A model generated the notes under the pieces. That model searched no databases, had not been told where the DNA came from, and saw only the letters and a program-made list of their open reading frames with translations. Made by a program: the position numbers and the translations under genes. This document shows positions 55,127-64,000 of a stretch of DNA of 64,000 nt, one piece after another. The first letter of the stretch is position 1; the number at the start of each line of letters is the position of its first letter. The stretch covers positions 131,440,001 through 131,504,000 of the forward strand of contig OZ024740.1 of NCBI GenBank assembly GCA_964016885.1, read 5' to 3'. This DNA is from Eledone cirrhosa (lineage: Eukaryota).

Positions 55127-57330
55127 GATTTCATTTATTAGCCACAAGGACCGACATGTAGGGGACAATACGAAGACAGGTACAGTGAGGGTTTAGAATA
55201 AGGTCGAGTAAAAGTGCACAATTGCAAGACTAATTTAACAATGGAGATATAAAAAAATAAAATAAACTATGCATAAATATAACAAAATAAATTCCCCAGG
55301 GGTGAGTCAGGTACCCCACTAATCCTGAAAAAACCCAGGGAGAGCACTCCTCTCCTCAAATTAGCTAGTCTATTTGCGCATGGTCAGAGTAGGCCCATTC
55401 ACACAGGCCATTCTCTCCAAATTCATCCACCTTTTAGCAAATGTATTGGGGGTCAGCACTTCTCTCTCAACCCTCACCTTCCTTTCCAGGTGAACCTTGC
55501 GGAAGTGAATGATGGATTGGACGAAGAGAAAAGTGTCTGCCTTCAGTCCTTTCAATCAGGTCCACCATATAACCTCTTCCGAAACGACCACCAGACAGAG
55601 GAATAATGCCTGCTCTTCCTGACCTAAGGAAGACGGCGGGTCGATCTTCTCTATGGAATCGGCCCACAGGCGGATCCGCTCCACACGCGACAGTAGCTGT
55701 TCGACATATCTCTCCAAGTCAGTAATGCACGGATGTTGGACAAGTGCGTCCAGAACGGTTTCGTCGCTCTGTGTGCATCTTGGGATGGTCCGTCTGACAG
55801 CACTTCCGTCCTTGTAGATTTCATCCCGAACTGGCAGTGCCCCCGGTAGCACTGCCAAGCGAGGCATTTCTGGAAATTTTCTCGCAAGTCCTCCGGTACA
55901 GACTCGTCAGTTCGACTTTGTCGAGGCCCAAAGCTTCTCCGAGTGCGTCATCGCACTCCCCCCCCCCTCACACAATAATCCTCTATAGAACTCGAGAGTA
56001 GAAGTGCCACTGATCACATTGCCCGCTTGGTAGAGGGCAGTCAGTGCCTGGAAACATTCCAGCTGCCTGTCACCCAGTCTCCGTCTCTTCTTGACCCAGG
56101 ACTGCAGCTCAGTCAAAGAAACGAGCTGCGGAAAGGCCCGTCTGATAAACGGCGACCACATTTGTTCACCGTTTAGGCAGAATATCTGGAGATGTCGCAG
56201 CCTCAGCGCATGGCTGCGCATCATTAGTCACAGCATCCCCAGCCCTCCGCGTAGAGGGTGCTGGCAGAAGTTGGACCGCCTCACCAACGGAACTTGCCCA
56301 TTCCAACTTGACGAGTCGCGGACGGGGCCAAAGCACGACGGTCAGGTAGTAGTAGATGACGCACGCGATGTACGCATTCACCACTTCCACACGACTTTTC
56401 AGTGATAGCTTCCTCCCAGCCAATTTTTGGGTGAGACCGGCTACTCTGCTCGTTACCTCGACCCAATTCTTTTCCACCTGGAGGTCTGGTCCGAACCAAA
56501 CCCCGAGCACTTTTACCTGTCGACGACGCTGCTGGACGGCATAAGTTCCGAGCTGCAAACCCACCGACTTTTCCAGGTTAAGTTTGGCTCCTGTCACTCT
56601 TTCATATTCCTTCAAAAAGGTACCGACCACCTCGATTTCTGAGGTGTCCGACACCATCACGGTGATGTCGTCTGCATAAGCCGACACCGCCTTTCCACGT
56701 CCCAGTTCGAGTGGGATGCCCTGCAACAGCTCCAGCTTCCGCAGTAAACGCTCGAGAGTCAATACGTACAGAAGAGAAGAGAGAGGGAACCCTTGGCGTA
56801 CCGATCGGGAGAGGCGAAATGGTTCCGAGAGGTGGCCATTAACCTTGACCTCCGAGTGTGTGCCGCTGTGCATTGCAGCGATCCTGCTTCTGAAGACAGG
56901 GCCGAAGCCAGCTGCTTTAAGGTCAAACTCTTGATACCGATGGGCAACCCTATCAAATGCTTTCGATTGATCTAAATTGATCAGTGCCCCACCGAAGCCA
57001 GGTTTTCACCCTAACCTCTCTATGATGTATCGCATGAGGTGGAGATTGTCGTGTATGGACCTGGCTCGGATTGCACAATTTTGCGCCTCCCCAACCAAAT
57101 CCTCGACGACAAGCGCCAAATCTCTTCGCTAACACCTTGGCCAAAATCTTAAACTCCGTGTTGAGCAGAGTTATGGGCCTGGAGTTGTCTAATGTATCCC
57201 TCTTGTTCTCGTCTTTCTTTATCAGCGTCAACACTCCCCTGCTCACAGAACTGAGAATGCTCCCATTCTGCTGCCAGTTGCAGTAGCGTGCTTCGAGGAG
57301 ATCGAAGAACAAGTCTGGCATATTTACGTA
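55127..57330 (-). mobile_element. 5'-truncated Tx1/L1-clade LINE (same family as 47496-49130)
   Basis: RPITLLNTEFKILAKVLA, SVRQGFPLS, SAYADDI. 3' end nearly identical to 47496ff. Confidence 0.9.
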
Positions 57331-57382
57331 GAAGAAGAAGAAGAAGAAGAAGAAGAAGAAGAAGAAGAAGAAGAAGAAGAAA
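57330..57382. repeat. (GAA)n microsatellite at the LINE 5' junction
   Basis: Direct reading. Confidence 0.95.
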
Positions 57383-58077
57383 TAAGGTAGTAACCGCAAA
57401 TCAATATGATGTGTTAATGGATGCATGGAAATTAATATCAATATACTCGCTAACATATCTTCGTAGTAAACCAAATTATATAACGAAATTATAATTAGCA
57501 CGCTTTAGACGTGAGAACAATAATGATGTAAATGTATGACTACTTTAAAAAGTTAGGGAAGAAAATTATGAAATTTTAATTAAGTAGATTTCATAAACTC
57601 TGACATCCTGTTGGAAGAAAGTAGGGTGATAATTATTATACCTCATTGGCGATATTTATTCTAGCTGTGATTGGAAGATCTATGCATCTTCATGAGATTT
57701 AATTACTACTTATTTAATGCTATATTAAACGTGCTGTAAATGAAGCCGTTATATTTCAAATTGAAGCTAAAGACAGGAAAAAGAATACGGATTTATATCG
57801 TATATGGTACGATTCGCTCTCTGCGAAAACAGTATCAGCAGTTTTGACTACTATAAAGTAAACAAATAAAAGGGCCATTGCACTAAAAGTTTGCTTGATT
57901 TAAATATCACTCCACTCTATTTCAAATAGGGGTGCGTTTTTTGTTGGGGGGGAGGGTCCTTTTATCATCACTACAAGCCTAGTGTGTAGCGTTTTCTGCA
58001 TAATATGTCTTAAATACAAGTATTTGTGATTGGGTGATTGTTTGTATTTTTGTTTAGAGGAAACGAAGAAATATATG

Positions 58078-58081
<4 letters not shown>

Positions 58082-58161
<80 letters not shown>

Positions 58162-58168
58162 GAGAGGG
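58082..58168. repeat. (TA)n(GA)n microsatellite
   Basis: Direct reading. Confidence 0.95.
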
Positions 58169-61100
58169 AAAGCACTTTGTGTAGAGAAACCCAGGATATA
58201 TTTCAAGAAATGTCCTGTTGGTGTTTGTGATGGGGCTTCTGCTGTTGGTGATGCTGATGTTTATGGTAGCGCTACTGCTGCGATTGTTGGTTTTGCTGTT
58301 TATTTTGCTTCTGCTACCGGCGTTTGGGTCTCTGGTCGCGGCCCTCTTTAGGGCTCAACTCTCAGGTTTCACACACTTAAGACAATGAGACATTCTGCTA
58401 TCAAAATAACATGCATATCCATCCCTTCGGAGAGCAAATGTGGTCTGGGATCTTGTGAATGTCTTTTGTTTTGATTTGAATCAGTATTTCAGCACTGACC
58501 TAAGACAGGTTTTGCTCGTCAGGTTCCTTTCTCCACCAGGAATGTGTTGCTTCCTTCATGGATGATACAGACCAACATGAATCATTTATTAACTTTTGTT
58601 AGAATCCCGAAAATCTTGACCTTACACTACTTGTATCTAGATAGGAATGGTAGTGTACATACTTATCGCCACGGTAGGTCACCACGCAATGTTTCAGGGT
58701 CGTCGCATCATTTTTTAAAAGCACTGAAAATCCCGCAAACTGCCTGGACGTCTCTGTTTTATGTCGGGCATTATTTCCTTCAGTACTTTTTCAGCGACAG
58801 ACTGACTCGTGAAAGTTTGACATCATGGATCTCTGCAAGGCACCTCAACAATGTCAATCAGGTGTAATAATCTCAATTTTGAAAAAGATAGACCAGTCAA
58901 TGCTTTAATTACAGAAGAAAACTACTTGTTAAACTTTCTGTTTAATGTATGGAAAAGTGATGCAGGGTTTTCGAGTCCAAACTAGCAGATGATCATTGTT
59001 TTTCGCTCAGGATGCAATATAGCCGACCAAATCTTCCCACTGTGGCAGGTCTTCCTGAAATATAGTGCGTATTTCTAAAATATACATGTTTTATTAGTAG
59101 ACCTAAAAAATGGGTGAGGCAAAATTAAATATACGGGAGTATTTGTGTTAATATAAATGGTTCTAATGTTGAAATCATTCAATGTGGTTGTCGCTCACCG
59201 CTAACGATGTGTACTGTCACCTCTCTTGCTTATATTGGTCATGAACAGTATTGTTATACGCAACCATATTGGAACTGTTACATTAACTGTCCAATTATCA
59301 AATAGTTCATAAACATCATGTTTCATGAGGCCCTCAAAAAGTGCAAGATATTTCGTTTGATGCCAAAACATTTTATAAATCCGCATGGAGTATAAATATA
59401 TATTATATATATATCCCTATATCGAACAGACATTTGCGATACAACCTGTTGTTACGTTTCTACTTTATTAATTGAGCACAAGAATTACTGAATTGAAAAT
59501 GCGAATTTAAATGATATTTTGTTATTTTATGTCAATAAAAAACATCACAATTGACAACATAGCCATGGCTGCAAATTTGACGTAACTTACGAGCAGAGAC
59601 CATTCAACCAACCTACTCTTTTGTAGTAAATATCTTATCCTCCCTCGTAATATAAATTCCCTTGCCTCGGACGATATGTACAATTAAGAATAAAATGAAA
59701 TAACTACATACCACAAATATATTTTTAACTAATGCCCTACTGATTTAAGCAATTGCTGTGCTTTTTCGTGGATATTTAGTAATATGAAATATAAGAGTCT
59801 CACTATTTTCCTTTTCTACAAAGTAAAATACAAGTATTTCAAACACAATTACAATTACATTCTTCATTTTACGGAGAAAATGTTTTTAAATGTAAAACAA
59901 TTAATGCAATAAAATATGATGAAATGCAATAAATTGTGATTGCACAGATAACAGAATATACAAACAGTGATATGCATCACTATTTTATGACATGTCTTGT
60001 AGACTTTTGATTACTTGCGAAGATTTTCCAAATAAAACGAGGAATCATAGTGACATGGTAAATCAGAATTTCATACAATAGAAATGAAAATATTGATAAA
60101 ACTAGAGATAATTATTTGAAATATTGCATAGAAACGCTTAATTATGGTGACCATGTTGTCAGTTGCCATGATCACTGAAAGATTGCAAATATTTTCACAT
60201 AAAAAAGAAAAGAATCTATATGAATATATTTCTGTTAAAATCCTGATGATTTTATTTTGAAAGTGATCATGCTATAAATTCGAATTCACTGACAGTTTGC
60301 TACTTCAAAAATAAAATGTTTACAATCTACACACACATTGAACACACAATCAGTTAATATTTGAAAATCAACTTTACCTTACATCCACAATCTCCTGCAA
60401 TATAAAGCCATCTGACTAGTTTTAATCTATGTTTTTCCGATTTTAACAACCTACTGCATCTAATGTGATACAATCTGGTGATTGCTAGTTTGTCAACTGT
60501 CGTGGATAGGATAGCAATTAAATATTCTTCAAATCCAATTCCATAATTTTAAAAGGAAACGATAACTTTTTAATGGGCAACAATTCAGTATTTTGTTTAT
60601 ACTTCAAGGTGAGAGACACGTATTGCCTGTTTATCTATAATGATCATACGCGGATCATACCTGGAGATTGCATGCTGTTAGGGTGTCCCGTCGTCCACTG
60701 ATTAATTATGGTCATAGGCATCTATACAAAATATAACCTGAGATTGCAATGACATGGAACAGGCATTTTATCTAAGATTTTACAAATTAGAGTAATTCCA
60801 GTAGTACTTTATTTATGTAGACTAAATTTGAATATAAATAAAGAGTTTATCCAGTATACACAGTCTGAAAGAAGGGAATAACCGATTGTAATATCTGGAA
60901 TACATTTGATCATATGTATTTTCTATCAAAGTGGCACTGTGAATAAATAATATGAATAGTTACTACACACCACATCTTAACCGTATGACTATTCAACATC
61001 CCCTCACAGATCTCCGAAAACAATGTTTATGTCATGAAAATTGTTTACATACAGATTTGCTGTAACCGTATACAATCACTGAAGATAAAACCAACGTCCA

Positions 61101-64000
61101 CTTGAACCGATTGGTTGACATAAACACAATTCCAACATCTCTAATCTTAATTTAGCTATAACAAAACTAACCATAGCAACCCATATGATTTCTGGAGTTA
61201 TTTTCCCTTGTCTTTCTTTTTTTTTTTTTTGTGGGGGGACGCAGAAGCCATAATAATTACCATAAACCATACATAACTGTCTTAAAGGAAATTCCTTTAT
61301 AAATGTCAAATAATATTAAAAAGCGTACGCCATCATTCTATTTGTTGCTCGCTTTCTATCACACTTTTCCTTAATTAAATGTATAATATTTACTTAAATC
61401 AAGCTATCAATTGAGCCGAAATTTACTGCAGGCTCCTCCCCATATATAAAGTTTCAAATTGACCATTATTTGTTATATTGTAAATAGTGTAAAGCCATCC
61501 TATCAACATTATACAACAATACATATTTATTAGATATCATTTAAACTAACTAAATTATGTAACCACATGTCCTCGGCTTACCAATGGGATTCTATTTATT
61601 TGTTTCTTTCTTTATTAGATACGTTTTAGATAACCATAATTCTTTAATTTTTTCTGAAATGTATTTGTTAAAATACATTTCAAAAAGGTTTACAAAAGCC
61701 CGAATAATTATGACATAAAACAATATTCTCTTTTGAATATAGAGTGACGTTCACCATTTGGAAATTATTTTAAAGAATATATTTCAAAACTAAATGCTCT
61801 GAATTACATAGTTAGATCTTCCACACCGCCTACATGCATTTGTTGGAGTGGGAGATATGATTCCTAAGTAATTCGACACGATGCAAAGTCAATGTATGTG
61901 CTTTAAAATATATGCTCCAGCTGTTTACAAAAATATTGGTTAAAAGCCAATATTATTTGAAATTGATGAGATGAAGTGGAACGCCAAATACGAAATACAT
62001 AAATAAGCAATACAATGAAACCATTTCCCTCGAACAAAAGTGAAGAAATTTCCCTGAAGTAAATTGGCGGCAGTTTGAGAACTTTCTTTTCACAAGCAAC
62101 AAACCATCGGAAACTATTCCAAACAAAACACTTCCAAGAAACTACAATCAGCGTAATACTAGATAGGAAAACCGAACAAAACATTTTATAAGCCAGTAAA
62201 ATGTACTCCTAAGATGAAGAATTTTTTTTTCATTATTTAAAACCTGTTTAGCGACCACTTGAAACAGTGGAATAGTACCTATTAAATCGGTTCAGTACTT
62301 GAAATAGTGTCATTTAAAGTAATGTCTGATGATGTACCTCCTATCCCAATAACATCACACATTACTTCATCACCCTACGTGTTGCTCTTTTCATTTATTA
62401 TGAATTAAATCAACTCATTAACATACTCTAGTCTACATTTGCGGATTTATAGCATTACGTGATCAACATTCATATTTACACGGTGATCCACAATCATATG
62501 TACACGGTTATCCACAATCATATTTGCATATCATCTCTACGTTGTAAATATAATATCTAATAGACAATCAATCAATTATGCAAGCTATTAGATATTTGAA
62601 AAGGGAGTAAGTTTCTATACGAAACAGAGCTTACAGAGAAAAAGTGGAATGGAAACAGCACGAAAATATATTTAAATTATCTGTTTTTTTTCTTTTTTTG
62701 TTTCTTTGATCCGTCGAAGTGACATTATTGAACAAAATGAGAGGAACAATTTGTTTTAAAAAAAAGAGTTTTATAATATGTAAAATATATATATAATATA
62801 ACCTGTTTCAATGTATCGGTGTAATCCATCTTATCAAATGTTTAATATTACACTTTAAAAGAATTAAAAGGAATTTAAAAATTCATCTTCCTTTTTGAGA
62901 AGAAGACCTATTATATATATATATATATACTTCTATATTTACATACATAGATTCTACTAAATGTAGATTTTGTAGAACATATGCATATCAATATAATGTG
63001 ACTTCAATAATATTCATTATACACAGATACAGATAATTTTCAATACAATTGTATAAATGCGGCATTATTGCATTCCTTGTGTATCACACCAATCTTGAAT
63101 CCCACTTCAATTTTATTAGGTACAAAAATTAAAAAAAGGTTATGTAAAAGTCGAGTAACTATTAATATTGTTTCCAATGGTAATCTTACAAGTTCTTTCA
63201 TTGTTATACTATATAATGTGTAGAGCATTGGTAATTGATGAATTTAATTGGAACACAGAAATATAAGGGAATATAACTAAATTCTGAAATGCATTAGTTC
63301 AGCAGGAAACATGATAATTTGTAATATAGGTTAAAACAACTCATTTGAGGGAAGAAAAGGTATAGAAACTTAGTACGTGAAAATGCTGATCATGTCCCTA
63401 AGCGTAAAGAAATTTATCATCTAAAAATATCATCTAAATATATCATCATAAGTGTCAAGATCACAAAGATAATCACATGACTGCCAGTCATGTCAAATTC
63501 ATCGGCATTGATGTCATATATGTTGCATGAAATTTGGTAGGACTTTTGCAAATCAGAATGTAGCAGAGAATAACATAATATCTCTTCCATACAGGCATAA
63601 TTTCCATCATAGTTTCCCTTCAGAATAACTTTCACCCAAATATAAGAAGAATATGTAAAAGGTGTGTTTATGAATTGTGTGGAAGGATGTCATGCGGATT
63701 ATTTTGATAATTTTTGTTAAATTTGTTTCAATCCTCGTTTTATTTTTACTTTCATTTTTCGATTTTATTTCTAAAGTTATATTTTCCTTAATTCTAAATT
63801 GGCTTCAATCGATAAACAGAAATTCTTTGAACGCAAATATCGATTTTGGATCTGTTATTAAGTCAATTCTGTTTGACGTTATGACCGAAACAAACCTCGT
63901 AACAAACCTAAATTTAAAGAAAAGAATACGGTGTTGGGCTGGAAAACTTGTGTAACTTTGAATTTAAAATAAAACTTGAATAACTAATGGAGAATTAAAT

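Noticed and set aside
58240-58900. Possible decayed Tx1 ORF1 on the minus strand
   Set aside because: Only a vague LPF..Y..CKVKI similarity; insufficient without a search.
63677-63955. Hydrophobic 92-aa ORF as a receptor or membrane-protein exon
   Set aside because: GTG start, T-rich compositional bias and no family motif.

Overview
Repeat-dense, AT-rich eukaryotic (animal) genomic window. The SINE, LINE and (TA)n content suggests a cephalopod/Octopus-like genome (inference). I found no convincing host protein-coding gene; most listed ORFs are microsatellite or satellite artefacts. Contents: long (TA)n tracts; a 200-N gap; 310-, 466-, 669- and 602-bp tandem repeats; a decayed Naiad-type Penelope-like element (PLE) whose direct repeats carry hammerhead ribozymes (HHR); a second decayed PLE; two more minus-strand HHRs; tRNA-derived SINEs; Dong/R4-like and Tx1/L1-like LINE remnants; and several fold-back palindromes. 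Strongest leads: (1) a ~6.9-kb array of ~26 tRNA-like 71-nt cloverleaves, mostly with a GGA anticodon and a short variable loop, each on a ~17-bp flanking stem kept paired by G-U wobbles; (2) an inverted repeat (34979-35780) with one arm A-to-G hypermutated in an ADAR-like context; (3) a pair of different HHRs with cleavage sites ~174 nt apart. All counts are by hand.
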